Positions 1 to 9,208 of a DNA stretch of 57,683 bases are shown in pieces. Where the stretch lies: the IMG/VR virus record IMGVR_UViG_3300045283_000159, positions 1 through 57,683 of that record; one strand, written 5' to 3'. This DNA is from a virus. Taxonomy: Duplodnaviria > Caudoviricetes. The notes below the pieces were generated by a model, which was not told the DNA's origin, did no database searches, and worked only from the letters and a program-made list of their open reading frames with translations. Made by a program: the position numbers and the translations under genes. Every line of letters begins with the position of its first letter. The stretch's first letter is position 1.

Positions 1-90
1 CGCTGTAGGCGAGGCCGCCGAGGATCTGCGTCCGCAGCGGGTCGGGGGCGGCGGGCCCGGCGTCCCAGGGCGTCATCATGTCCGGCCAGC

Positions 91-369
91 TCACGAGGCC
101 ACCTCTGCCCACTGGCGCCGCAGCTCTTCCATGGACTCGTGGTGCTTGCGGGCGGTGCGGATCCGGACGGTACCCAGGTGGAAGTTGACCACCCCGGCTG
201 CGAGCGTGACGATGTTGAACCAGGCGATCCACCGTAGCGAGGGGGCTGACAGGTCCCATGCGGTCAGGCCGATGGCGGCGAGGATGAAGCTGACGCCGAT
301 GGCGCGGCCGATCCAGCCGGGGCGCGTGCTTTCCAGGTCGGTCATTTGCAGATCAGGCGGCAGCATCAC
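91..369 (-). CDS. Small membrane protein
   Basis: Two hydrophobic segments; start overlaps the stop of 366..659. Confidence 0.65.
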   Translation of the reverse strand: MMLPPDLQMTDLESTRPGWIGRAIGVSFILAAIGLTAWDLSAPSLRWIAWFNIVTLAAGVVNFHLGTVRIRTARKHHESMEELRRQWAEVAS

Positions 370-659
370 CGGGTCACCTCCGCAGCCACGCGGACCGGGT
401 TGATGGCCACGTCGATCTCGGCCTCGAAGACCTTGCCGTCGGACTTGCGGCGCAGCAGGACTGCCATGCCGTCGTCGTCCTCGTATCCGGGGACCTCTTC
501 GCCGCTGACGATCTCGAAGTCCTCGCCGCCGAGGTGCAGCGTGTCGAAGCTGCCCCACAGGTGCTCGCAGAGCATCAGGCCGAGGTCACCGTCACGCTTC
601 ATGCGCTGGTGGAAGTCGTCTTCGCGCTGCTGGCGCTCTGCTTCGGTCTCGGCGGTCAT
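366..659 (-). CDS. Hypothetical acidic protein
   Basis: 97 aa ORF, translationally coupled in the leftward operon. Confidence 0.75.
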   Translation of the reverse strand: MTAETEAERQQREDDFHQRMKRDGDLGLMLCEHLWGSFDTLHLGGEDFEIVSGEEVPGYEDDDGMAVLLRRKSDGKVFEAEIDVAINPVRVAAEVTR

Positions 660-856
660 AGCGTCGCCGCCTCTCTGCGGGCGGCCGCGGTGCCGGTGTC
701 GACCCTGGCGATGGAGGCGAGGTACCGGTAGTCCTTCACGGTCTGGTAGACGAGGACCTTGGCGGCCTGCCCGCCGGCGAGCTGGTCTTCGAGCCAGTCG
801 GCTTGCCGGTCGAGGGCTGCGGCGATGGTGTTGAACGCTTCGATGATGTCGTTCAC
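656..856 (-). CDS. Hypothetical protein
   Basis: GTG start (VNDIIEAF...) overlapping the upstream stop; helical composition. Confidence 0.65.
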   Translation of the reverse strand: MNDIIEAFNTIAAALDRQADWLEDQLAGGQAAKVLVYQTVKDYRYLASIARVDTGTAAARREAATL

Positions 857-1023
857 CGGGTCACCGCCGGAGGCAATCCGAGGGCTGCCCGCCACTCCTG
901 CGGGTCGTGCCCGGCCTTGTGTTCGTGCCACTCGCGGCCGACGTTCAGGCTTTGCCCGCAGACCGGGCATGGCGCGTGGGTGGTGTCGTGCCACCACTGC
1001 CGTATCCGCTGGATGGGGTTCAT
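853..1023 (-). CDS. Small putative Zn-finger protein (not in ORF track)
   Basis: MNPIQRIRQWWHDTTHAPCPVCGQ...HEHKAGH; CxxC plus His residues; coupled at both ends. Confidence 0.6.
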   Translation of the reverse strand: MNPIQRIRQWWHDTTHAPCPVCGQSLNVGREWHEHKAGHDPQEWRAALGLPPAVTR

Positions 1024-1688
1024 CGCCGGCCTGCCGTGTACCGGCCGCGCCCGGAGCCGAGGTGGTCCTCCGACGCGAGCATGACGTCGACGGCCAGGAT
1101 CGCGCCGGGGCAGACGCAGTCAGCGTCGAGGTTCCCCCAGTCGTGCCGCTTGCAGGTAATGATCACGCCGCGTCCGTACACCTCAAGCTGTCCCTGCCGC
1201 GCCTTCCACGCCTCGCCCTGCTGGCAGTCGGGGCAGGTCCAGATGAAGTCGGTGTCGAACGCCCACCCGGCGCGGACGGCGAGCCAGTTGACGTGCCCGA
1301 TGATCCGGGTCCGCTCGAGGATCCCGTCAGGGACGGGCGGGGGGGTGCCGCAGTGCCCGCACGGCAGCGGGGTGAGCTTGGGTCCCCACGTGTCGTCGCG
1401 GGTGAGGGCGTCGCCGATGCTGATGGCGGGCCGGCCGATGGCGCGCATGGGCCCGGTGGTGGCGGCGTACCCGGCGGGTGCGGGTTCGGGGGGCTGGTAG
1501 CGGGGTTCGGCGCGGAGCGGGCCGATGGGCTCGGTGCGGGGGCCGGGGTCGGGCAGGCCTACGTCGGACGCGCCGGCGAACTCGATGGTGGTGGCGTCGT
1601 AGCCGGCTGTGCGCAGCTGCGGTACGGGCTCGGCGCGGCGGTGGCGTTCCTCGCGGCGGGTGCGCCGGGCTGATTTGGAGGATGTCAC
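1020..1688 (-). CDS. Hypothetical protein with CxxC pairs
   Basis: 222 aa; CGHC and CPDC motifs; GAAGGG RBS. Confidence 0.75.
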   Translation of the reverse strand: MTSSKSARRTRREERHRRAEPVPQLRTAGYDATTIEFAGASDVGLPDPGPRTEPIGPLRAEPRYQPPEPAPAGYAATTGPMRAIGRPAISIGDALTRDDTWGPKLTPLPCGHCGTPPPVPDGILERTRIIGHVNWLAVRAGWAFDTDFIWTCPDCQQGEAWKARQGQLEVYGRGVIITCKRHDWGNLDADCVCPGAILAVDVMLASEDHLGSGRGRYTAGRR

Positions 1689-1747
1689 TGGTTGTTATCC
1701 CTTCGTCTGTTTTGTTAACATGTGAGCGGTTGTTGTCCCGCTCGTTG

Positions 1748-1789
1748 GCCCGGTCGTTGCGTTGGCTCGCACGGCCGGGCCGTTTTTTG
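1748..1789 (+). terminator. Intrinsic terminator-like hairpin, antisense to the leftward operon
   Basis: GGCCCGGTCG...CGGCCGGGCC stem followed by TTTTTT. Confidence 0.55.
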
Positions 1790-1792
1790 CGT

Positions 1793-2008
1793 CTAGGCGG
1801 CTGTAACCAGCCGGGTGATGCCTTCTGCGCGCTCGTAGCGGATGCGCTCGTGGTTGCGCACCACGACGCGGCCGAACGCGGGGTGGCCGAACGCGGGAAT
1901 GCCGTGCTGCGGCGGGTGTACGTGCCGTCCGACATCACGGCCGGAGCCGCACGCGGAGCCGTCGCAGTCCACCTCAAGGTTGCTCAGCGGGATGTCGTCG
2001 GCGTTCAT
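1793..2008 (-). CDS. Hypothetical protein
   Basis: 71 aa; AGAGGA RBS. Confidence 0.55.
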   Translation of the reverse strand: MNADDIPLSNLEVDCDGSACGSGRDVGRHVHPPQHGIPAFGHPAFGRVVVRNHERIRYERAEGITRLVTAA

Positions 2009-2024
2009 GAGTCCTCTTTCGTGT

Positions 2025-2294
2025 CTAGGAGGCCAGGGCCTTCGGCTCCGGCTCGCTCACGTCCTCGTCGCCGGTCCAGTCGCTGATGTCGCTCAGCCTG
2101 ACGCGGAGCCCGCGGGCGATCGGGCGGAGAGTCCTGATGGCGACCGGCCTGGGCGTGCCCCGGCTGGTGATGTCCCAGATCCTGTCCCGGTGCACGCCGA
2201 TCTCCCGGGCGAAGTCGCTGATGCTGTCGCCGCGCCGCCGGATCAGCGCGCGGATCTTGACTTTGTCCGGCACTGCGCTCGGTATGTCTGGCAT
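2025..2294 (-). CDS. Cro-like XRE HTH regulator, probably leaderless
   Basis: IRALIRRRGDSISDFAREIGVHRDRIWDI HTH; -10 TATGGT lies 6 nt before the ATG. Confidence 0.85.
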   Translation of the reverse strand: MPDIPSAVPDKVKIRALIRRRGDSISDFAREIGVHRDRIWDITSRGTPRPVAIRTLRPIARGLRVRLSDISDWTGDEDVSEPEPKALAS

Positions 2295-2461
2295 GTGGAG
2301 ACCATAAGCCTCGTCTCCACGTGCCGTCAACCCAATCGCAGGTAAATCGCAGTCGGCGGCATCAGCGATATATCTGCGGTAACTCTGCGGTAAGCGGTCT
2401 AAGCTGCGCTTTCCTGCTACGGTGGGGGTTGCTTGACGGCAACCGGAACGGCAGTCACAGT
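2295..2461. promoter_or_regulatory. Divergent lysis/lysogeny promoter-operator region
   Basis: Leftward TTGACG-18-TATGGT overlapped by inverted repeat GTGGAGAC (2295-2302)/GTCTCCAC (2313-2320); TCTGCGGTAA twice (2373-2393); rightward TTGACG (2433) and CACAGT (2456). Confidence 0.7.
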
Positions 2462-2502
2462 CAGTACGGAGCGGTACATCCGGGCACGAAGGGGACGCAG
2501 CC

Positions 2503-3111
2503 ATGCCAGCTAACCGGAGACGGTCCGCGGCGACCGCGCCATACGACAGGTGGGAGCTGCTCGGCAGGCTCCTGGAGACCCGCCGCCGGGTTCTCGGTCA
2601 CACCTGGCGGACCACGTTCGAGCGTGACCGTGGCGTCAACACGCGGCTCGCCGCCGAGATCGAGAAGGCAGCCAAGGACCGGGTCAACCACTTCATGCCC
2701 GGGACGCTGCAGCTGGTCGCTGAGGGGTACCAGGTAACGTACGAGTCGGTGCTTGCCCTGCTGCGCGGCGAGAGGGACGACCTGGTCCCGGCCGCGCCCG
2801 CCGCGCCCGCGCCCGTCGTGCCCCTCTTCCCCGACGAGCCGCCGGGGTGGCTGGCGGACGAGCCGGGGAGGTCCGCGGCGAACCGCCCCTACATGGAACG
2901 GATCCGGGGCCGCCTGGACGTGCTCCGCCTCCAGGGCGTCACCGCCCCGTCGGGCGCGCAGCTGTTCGGCGAGGGCACCCCCGACGCGCGGGAGTGGGAT
3001 AAGTATTCCGCCGACTGGGAGACCCGCGACGTGGTGTGGTTCGTCGCGGACCTCCAGCGCCGCGCCGCCGCCCGCGAGGCCGGCCCGGAGGAGAACTCCC
3101 ACGGCGCGTAA
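2503..3111 (+). CDS. Putative immunity repressor (N-terminal XRE-like HTH)
   Basis: Divergent from cro; WELLGRLLETRRRVLG...LAAEIEKA resembles actinophage repressor N-termini. Confidence 0.7.
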   Translation: MPANRRRSAATAPYDRWELLGRLLETRRRVLGHTWRTTFERDRGVNTRLAAEIEKAAKDRVNHFMPGTLQLVAEGYQVTYESVLALLRGERDDLVPAAPAAPAPVVPLFPDEPPGWLADEPGRSAANRPYMERIRGRLDVLRLQGVTAPSGAQLFGEGTPDAREWDKYSADWETRDVVWFVADLQRRAAAREAGPEENSHGA

Positions 3112-3305
3112 CATCGCAGGCCCGGGGCTTATGTCGCGTTTGCCCGTGACGCCCGTCATGGTTATCGTCTACATTCCGTGTAACACTTGCGCACCCGCGT
3201 GCGCTTCGCGTATGACGAACCTTTGAGGATTGCCGCAAAGTGAGACGCCCGTCGCGGAGCGGAGCGGCCCGGGACCCCCGGGCGGGCCTGGCATGGGAGG
3301 GGCAG

Positions 3306-3653
3306 ATGGCTGAACCCGCGTGCGCGGGCGAGGGCGGGGGAAGACCCGGCCACCCGGAGGCGGCGGTGCTGGACCCGCGGAAGCTCATCTGGGCTGACGT
3401 GCGGCACGACCTGGTCCTGTGGGCGGAGACGGCCGCCAGGCAGGTCGCCATCCTGGCCACCCGCCCGGATGACGATCCCGCGCGGGAGGTGGCCCGGCTG
3501 TGCCTGGCCGGCTTTGAGCGGGCGTTTGAGATGGCCTGCAAGTGGAAGGTGGACGAGGCGGTCCTGGAAGCCCAGTGGCAGGCCGGGTACGACGAGGGCT
3601 ACCGGGCATGCAAGGCGAACCGGTGCCGCCTCGAGGTGATCGACGGCGGCTAG
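3306..3653 (+). CDS. Hypothetical protein
   Basis: GGGAGG RBS; stop overlaps the stop of the convergent gene. Confidence 0.6.
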   Translation: MAEPACAGEGGGRPGHPEAAVLDPRKLIWADVRHDLVLWAETAARQVAILATRPDDDPAREVARLCLAGFERAFEMACKWKVDEAVLEAQWQAGYDEGYRACKANRCRLEVIDGG

Positions 3654-3895
3654 CCGCCCAGCCTGGCGAGCAGCACGTCAAGCCGGGCCAGCAGGTCATC
3701 GAGCTTGCGGCACGGCCGCAGCTCGGTCCCGCTCCTGCTGCCGGCCGCGTCCTCGATCCACGCCCGCCAGAGCTCCCCGGCACGCCAGATGCTCACTTCA
3801 GGGTGCGCGCGCTCATACTCGGCGGCCGCGGCTCCGAGCTGTCTGCTGATCCCCTCCATGACCGCAGGGTAAAACACCACGAAACCCGGCGTCAT
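3650..3895 (-). CDS. Hypothetical protein
   Basis: ATGA-coupled to the endonuclease VII stop. Confidence 0.55.
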   Translation of the reverse strand: MTPGFVVFYPAVMEGISRQLGAAAAEYERAHPEVSIWRAGELWRAWIEDAAGSRSGTELRPCRKLDDLLARLDVLLARLGG

Positions 3896-4563
3896 CCAGC
3901 CAGCGGGCCGCTCTCGTCGATATCGAACAGTTCCGTCTGGACAAGCTTGGCGGTAAGGCATGTCGCGACCTTGGCGTTCGCCACCCTCAAACGCGCCGCC
4001 GCGCGCTCCATCCGGTCGGGGTTATCCCCGAACATCGCGACGCCAACGTTGCAGCGCGCGCACGCGAGGCCGCGAATGCACCGGCCGCACGACGTATTGC
4101 CCGGGCAGCACGAGTGATCATGGTCAACGTGGATGTTGCGCTTATTTTCAAGATCTACGGGCTCGCTGCAGAGATAGCAAAGGCCGCCCTGCTCGGCGAG
4201 TAGCCGACTCCACTGATCAGCGGAGAGCCCGTATTTCCGTTTGAGCGTATAGTCAAACGCCTGGGCAGGAGTACGAGCATCTTTCTTCCCCTGGGCGCGG
4301 CGTTTTGCTGAGTACTGACGCGACTGCTCCCGGGACTTCTCGGGATTAGCCGCACGCCAGCGTCGCCGCTGGATGCGGTTGGCCTCATTGAGTCGATCGC
4401 GGTTCGCTTCCCGGTAGCGGCGCTTGTATTCCAGCTGTCGCTGCTTTACCTCCTCTGGGGCGTTCGCCCGGGACCGGCGCTCGTATCCGCTCTGCTTCTC
4501 CCGGTTTGCCCCACGCCAGCGACGCTCGTATTCGCGCCGCTTCTCGGGATCTTTGCGTGGCAC
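3892..4563 (-). CDS. Endonuclease VII-family protein with basic repetitive N-terminus
   Basis: KYGL...QGGLCYLC...HVDHDH...CIRGLACARCNVG motifs. Confidence 0.9.
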   Translation of the reverse strand: MPRKDPEKRREYERRWRGANREKQSGYERRSRANAPEEVKQRQLEYKRRYREANRDRLNEANRIQRRRWRAANPEKSREQSRQYSAKRRAQGKKDARTPAQAFDYTLKRKYGLSADQWSRLLAEQGGLCYLCSEPVDLENKRNIHVDHDHSCCPGNTSCGRCIRGLACARCNVGVAMFGDNPDRMERAAARLRVANAKVATCLTAKLVQTELFDIDESGPLAG

Positions 4564-4569
4564 GACAGG

Positions 4570-5292
4570 TCATGCCTGCGGTTCGCGCTGCAGCTCGTCC
4601 AGGTACTGGCGCACAGCCTCATACATGTCCGGCATCAGGTCCCGCGTCTCGTCGATGCTGGCCCACCGGACCTCTTCCAGATCCTCCGGGTCACCGTTCA
4701 GCGGATCGCCCGGTCCTGCCTCGACGTGGCAGTACACCATGACTCGTGAGGTCTTCGGATGGATCCGGCGGCCGATGAACCGGACCGACTGCGCCTCCAG
4801 GCCGCTCTCGGCCCGGACCCGGCGGCGCAGCGCCCCGGCCGGCGACTCGCCTTCATGGATGTCGCCGCCCAGGAACGTCCACGGCGGGATGCCGTCGCGG
4901 CGCTTGGCGATGAGGACCCGCAGGTCCGGCGATGTGATGATGGCCAGCCCGACGTGGGGCTGCTCGGGGAGGGTGGCTGGTTCGGTCACGGGATTTCCCT
5001 TCTCTCGTGCGCGTGCGATGATCTGGCTGACCCGCGCCCTGGACACGCCCATGAACTCCGCCAGCTCGTCATGCGTGAGGCTGTGGGCGTCGGCCATGTA
5101 GGCGGCGAGCCAGCCGCGGAAGTCCGCGGTCTGGGTGCGCATCGTCTCGACGAGTTCGGTGAGGGCCTTGGCGGCTTCCCATGCCTCAGCCGTGTTCGGC
5201 CAGACCTGGATCGCGGTGGTGGCCCGGTAGAAAGCCTCGCGCATGTGCGTCATCTCGCCGCCCGGAGTGTCGCCCTTTATGTAACCCGTCAT
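4570..5292 (-). CDS. HTH-Nudix fusion; Nudix domain of the AICE (pSAM2 Pif-like) type
   Basis: LTHDELAEFMGVSRARVSQII HTH; degenerate Nudix box GGDIHEGESPAGALRRRVRAESGL; RIHPKTSRVMVY motif; divergent from traB. Confidence 0.85.
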   Translation of the reverse strand: MTGYIKGDTPGGEMTHMREAFYRATTAIQVWPNTAEAWEAAKALTELVETMRTQTADFRGWLAAYMADAHSLTHDELAEFMGVSRARVSQIIARAREKGNPVTEPATLPEQPHVGLAIITSPDLRVLIAKRRDGIPPWTFLGGDIHEGESPAGALRRRVRAESGLEAQSVRFIGRRIHPKTSRVMVYCHVEAGPGDPLNGDPEDLEEVRWASIDETRDLMPDMYEAVRQYLDELQREPQA

Positions 5293-5480
5293 GAAGCCTC
5301 AGTGTAAGGCAAGAGGCGGGTTGCGGCTATGTTAGGTGTGAGTTACGGTGGTTGGCATGACCACCACTGCGGACGACCTGACGGCCCACCCCGCACATGA
5401 AAGCGAGGCCCGTGCGCTGCGAACGCCGAGCCTCGCCGCAGCCCGCCCTACCCGTAGCCCTACGAACAGGAGCATGACTG

Positions 5481-5627
5481 ATGACCGCCACGATACACGA
5501 GCCCACTGTCAGCGGCACGGACCCGCTGCCGGAGCCGGGCACCATCCCGTACTTCCGCCGGGAGCTCGACGCCGCCGCGGAACGCTGGGGCCTGGACCCT
5601 GTGCCGTGGGGCCCCCTGGCTGCCTGA
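5481..5627 (+). CDS. Small hypothetical protein (not in ORF track)
   Basis: AGGAG RBS; MTATIHEPTVSG...WGPLAA. Confidence 0.5.
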   Translation: MTATIHEPTVSGTDPLPEPGTIPYFRRELDAAAERWGLDPVPWGPLAA

Positions 5628-5679
5628 CCGCACTGGCGGCGGCGTCCTTCCCCTGCGCCGCCGCCATGAACTGGAGCAC

Positions 5680-7725
5680 GTGATGACCGAGCATGAGATC
5701 CCCGAGTCGCGGGCGCAGGTCGTCCAGCTCCGCGCGGTGGACGCGCAGACCGAGGTAGCGCTGGACGAGGGCAGGCCGCCCGGCCCCGCCTACGTCGACC
5801 TGACCGGCGCCGAGGCGAAGCGCCGCGCGATCATCCCCGAGCACTGGCGCACCCGGGAGAACGCGAAACGCCATGTCGCCCTCGCCGCCGCCCGGCACGG
5901 CCACCGCGCCGCCTACCACGGCGTCCGCTCGCCCGGCTACCTGGTCAAGGCCGCCGGCTACGCGGTCCGCGGCGTGTTCGTCACCGCCGGGCACCTGATC
6001 TCCTGGTGGCACATCCCGGGGACGTCCAGCCTGGAACATCAGGCCGCGGCGGACGGGCTGCTGAACGACCACCTGCGGCTGCACAAGGCCGCGAAGGAGA
6101 CCCGCAAGGCCCGCGGCACGATCCTCGCCGCCGCCGCCGTGGCGGCGTTCATCGCGGCTGACGCCATGGTCCTGCTCGCGCCGTGGTGGGGATGGGCCCT
6201 GCTCGCCGTCGTCCTGTTCACCGCCGCGGCGCTGGCGGGCCGGCCGCAGGGCAAGACCATCACGACGAAGGCGGAGCTGCCCGCGCAGGTGCAGCCGCCG
6301 ACCCAGGACGTCATCACCCGGGCGCTCGGGTCGATCGGCATCCCCGGCATCAGCCAGGCCATCCGCAACGGCGAGCCGCTCAGCTTCCCGTCCCCCGTGC
6401 GGGAGGACGGCCCCGGCTGGCGGTTCGACTGCGACCTGCCCTACGGCGTCACCGCCACGCAGGTCATCGAGCGGCGCGAGCAGTTCGCGTCCGGGCTGCG
6501 GCGCCCGCTCGGCGCGGTGTGGCCGGAGGTGGCCGCGCACGAGCACGCCGGCCGCCTCGAATGCTGGGTCGGCAAGACGGACATCTCCAAGGCGAAGCCG
6601 GCGCCGTGGCCGTGGCTGCGGACGGGCGGCGGGGACGTGTTCGGGCCGCTGCCGTTCGGCACCGACCCGCGCGGACGCCGGGTCGACGGGCACGTGATCG
6701 AGCACAACTGGCTGCTGGGTTCCATGCCCGGCCAGGGCAAGACGTCGGCCCTGCGGGTGCTGGCCGGCGCCGCCGCGCTCGACCCGACGTGCGAGCTGTG
6801 GATCTGCGAACTGAAGGGCACCGGGGACCTCGACCCGTTCGAGCGGGTCTGTCACCGGTTCGTCTCCGGCATCGACGACGACTCCATCGCGTACGCGGCG
6901 GAGTCGCTGAAGAAGCTCCGCGCCGAGGTGACGGCCCGCGCCGACCGGCTCAAGAAGCTGCCCCGCGAGCTGTGCCCGGACAGGAAGATCACCCGGCAGA
7001 TCGCGAACCGCCGCGGCCTGAAGCTGCATCCGCTGGGGTGCTTCATCGACGAGTGCCAGAACCTGTTCGCCCACCCGAAGTTCGGCAAGCAGGCCGCCGA
7101 GGACGCCATCTTCATCATCAAGATCGGCCGGGCGCTGGGCGTGTTCCTGATCCTGGCCACCCAGCGCCCGGACAGGGACTCGCTGCCGACCGGGGTGTCC
7201 GGGAACGTGTCGACGCGGTTCTGCCTGAAGGTCGCCGGCCAGGTCGAGAACGACATGATCCTGGGCACCAGCGCGTACAAGAACGGGGCCCGCGCTACGA
7301 CGTTCCGGCCGAAGATCGACGCGGGCCTGGGCTACCTGAAGGGCGAGGAGGACGTGCCCCGGGTGGTGCGGACGTACTACCTGAACGGCCACGACGCCGA
7401 GCGGGTCGCCCGGCGGGCGCGGGCGCTGCGCGAGGCGGCCGGGACGCTGACCGGCGTCGCCGCCGGCGAGGACGACGAGGCGGAGCGCCGCGACGTGCTG
7501 GCCGACGTGCTGGACGTGTTCGCGGGCGACGCAGGGCTGCAGTGGCAGGTGCTGGCCGCCCGGCTCGCCATGCGGTTCCCCGAGCGGTGGGATGACGCGT
7601 CGGCCGACGCGGTGTCCGCCGAGCTGCGGGCCCGCGGCGTGCCGAGCGTGAACGTGAAGGCGGACGGGCAGGTGGCCCGCGGCTGCCGCCTGGCCGCCGT
7701 CGAGGCCGCGGCGGAGCCGGCGTGA
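5680..7725 (+). CDS. traB: TraB/TraSA-type FtsK/SpoIIIE conjugative dsDNA translocase
   Basis: Two TM helices; Walker A GSMPGQGKT; FIDECQ Walker B; LATQRP; C-terminal winged-helix-like domain. Confidence 0.9.
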   Translation: MMTEHEIPESRAQVVQLRAVDAQTEVALDEGRPPGPAYVDLTGAEAKRRAIIPEHWRTRENAKRHVALAAARHGHRAAYHGVRSPGYLVKAAGYAVRGVFVTAGHLISWWHIPGTSSLEHQAAADGLLNDHLRLHKAAKETRKARGTILAAAAVAAFIAADAMVLLAPWWGWALLAVVLFTAAALAGRPQGKTITTKAELPAQVQPPTQDVITRALGSIGIPGISQAIRNGEPLSFPSPVREDGPGWRFDCDLPYGVTATQVIERREQFASGLRRPLGAVWPEVAAHEHAGRLECWVGKTDISKAKPAPWPWLRTGGGDVFGPLPFGTDPRGRRVDGHVIEHNWLLGSMPGQGKTSALRVLAGAAALDPTCELWICELKGTGDLDPFERVCHRFVSGIDDDSIAYAAESLKKLRAEVTARADRLKKLPRELCPDRKITRQIANRRGLKLHPLGCFIDECQNLFAHPKFGKQAAEDAIFIIKIGRALGVFLILATQRPDRDSLPTGVSGNVSTRFCLKVAGQVENDMILGTSAYKNGARATTFRPKIDAGLGYLKGEEDVPRVVRTYYLNGHDAERVARRARALREAAGTLTGVAAGEDDEAERRDVLADVLDVFAGDAGLQWQVLAARLAMRFPERWDDASADAVSAELRARGVPSVNVKADGQVARGCRLAAVEAAAEPA

Positions 7726-7736
7726 CCCCCCGCGAG

Positions 7737-7836
7737 GGTAGCGCCGCCGCTACCGCCCCTGACCTGCGCGGACGAGGGCTGCCCGCTACCGCCGCTACCG
7801 GGCCGCCCGCCGTGACCTGCGCGGTAGCGGGTAGCG
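7737..7836. repeat. clt-like repeat tract directly after traB
   Basis: CGCTACC at 7748, 7784, 7793; GGTAGCG at 7737, 7823, 7830; TGACCTGCGCGG at 7760 and 7813. Confidence 0.6.
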
Positions 7837-7870
7837 CCGCCGCACGTCAGATGACGGAGGAAACGGCCCC

Positions 7871-8071
7871 ATGGCCCTGCTGCCGGGCGCGCGGGATGAG
7901 CACCGCTACCAGCTCTGCCAGGACGAGTTCTGCGACCGGTTCCCCTGCCGCCTGTACAAGGAAGGCCGGGGCGACGGCGAGCAGTACGGCTATCAGCGCG
8001 GCCACGCCGAGGGGTACGCGGAGGGGTTCGGCGACGGCCTGGAGTCGTGTCCGGGCCCGCATGGCGGGTGA
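7871..8071 (+). CDS. Small Cys-containing protein
   Basis: GGAGG RBS; GY/GF repeats near the C-terminus. Confidence 0.7.
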   Translation: MALLPGARDEHRYQLCQDEFCDRFPCRLYKEGRGDGEQYGYQRGHAEGYAEGFGDGLESCPGPHGG

Positions 8072-8074
8072 TGC

Positions 8075-8365
8075 GTGATGGCCGCCCTGCTCATCATCCT
8101 GATCCTGCTCGCGGCCTGGGCCGGGTCGCTGTACCTGTGGCCGTTCCGTCCGTGCCTGCGGTGCGGCGGCACCGGCCGGAACAAGGGCAGCACCGGGAAG
8201 CGGTTCGGCTTGTGCAAGGCGTGCGGCGGATCCGGGCGCAGGCAGCGTTTCGGGTCCAGGACACTGCACCGCTGGGCGAGGTCGGCCCGGACGGAGATCG
8301 CCCGGGGGCGGGAGAAGCGGCGTATCGAGCGCGTGAAGCGCAGGACGGAGAACCCCAGGCCATGA
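8075..8365 (+). CDS. Membrane-anchored DnaJ-type Zn-finger small protein (commonly next to traB)
   Basis: N-terminal TM; CLRCGGTG and CKACGGSG. Confidence 0.8.
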   Translation: MMAALLIILILLAAWAGSLYLWPFRPCLRCGGTGRNKGSTGKRFGLCKACGGSGRRQRFGSRTLHRWARSARTEIARGREKRRIERVKRRTENPRP

Positions 8366-8541
8366 GCACCGAAGAAAACGAGCTGGACCTAGCGAAACTG
8401 CTGGGCAACGGGCTCAACCTGGCGGTAGTGCACGCATTCGACGCAGCGGACGAGGGCCAGGTCACGTGGATCACCGAGGGTGGCGTGCGGATCGCGGCAA
8501 TTGCCCCAGTGGAACGCATCACACAGGAGGACGGGCGATGA
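8362..8541 (+). CDS. Small Phd/YefM-like protein
   Basis: GQVTWITEGGVRIAAIAPVE resembles the Phd beta-strand motif. Confidence 0.5.
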   Translation: MSTEENELDLAKLLGNGLNLAVVHAFDAADEGQVTWITEGGVRIAAIAPVERITQEDGR

Positions 8542-8759
8542 AGGACACGGAGATGACAGCCGGAGACGAGCGCATAGACCGCGTGACGAGGCTTGCCGCG
8601 GTCATCCTGGCGGTCTTCGTTCTCGTGTTGTTCCTGGTGGCATCGGTCATGCTGCTGGCCGGGTGCTCTGACCCGTGCGCGGGTCATGGCGGGATCAGGT
8701 CCCAGGGGGGCGGCTGGACGTATTGCAATGACGGCACGCAGATTGCGGGCTACGGATGA
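8538..8759 (+). CDS. Small membrane protein or lipoprotein
   Basis: Long hydrophobic helix ending in LLAGC. Confidence 0.7.
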   Translation: MKDTEMTAGDERIDRVTRLAAVILAVFVLVLFLVASVMLLAGCSDPCAGHGGIRSQGGGWTYCNDGTQIAGYG

Positions 8760-9208
8760 GACGGCCGGAGAGCACGCAGAACCGGGGCCTGCTGGCGGGG
8801 TTCAGCCCGCTGGCGGGTGTCTCGGCGGGCACTGCGCTGGTGCTGTTCGCGTTCGGGGTGCTGTGCCTGGCCTGGCATCAGGTGTCGGGGCACGTGTCGC
8901 TGGCCATCACCATGCTGGCCTACGCGGTGATCGCCGCCCTGGCCGTGGTCACCGGCGCCGGAACGTGGCTGGTCGTGCTATGGGTCGCGCACCGTCACCG
9001 TAACCCGGAGCTGCTGGTGCGGCAGGTGGTCCGGGCCGAGGTCGTCGACCCGGCCGCGCCGCCGGCCATCGCCGCTGCGCAGCCTGCCGCGATCGAGCCG
9101 CCCCGCGTCTACCTGAACGTCACACCGGACCAGCTCGCAACTCTTGTGCGGCAGCAGGTTACAGACACGCAACTACCCCGCGACAACCATGACCAGGGGA
9201 CAGCATGA
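8756..9208 (+). CDS. Membrane protein, spread (Spd)-like context
   Basis: Two TM helices; coupled to neighbours. Confidence 0.7.
   Translation: MRRPESTQNRGLLAGFSPLAGVSAGTALVLFAFGVLCLAWHQVSGHVSLAITMLAYAVIAALAVVTGAGTWLVVLWVAHRHRNPELLVRQVVRAEVVDPAAPPAIAAAQPAAIEPPRVYLNVTPDQLATLVRQQVTDTQLPRDNHDQGTA

Noticed and set aside
5509-7392. Long antisense or alternative-frame ORFs (also 21590..23908, 28662..30911, 39849..42032)
   Set aside because: GC-rich shadow ORFs overlapping genes with clear motifs
8362-8759. Type II toxin-antitoxin pair
   Set aside because: The Phd-like similarity is weak and the neighbours are membrane proteins with no toxin motifs
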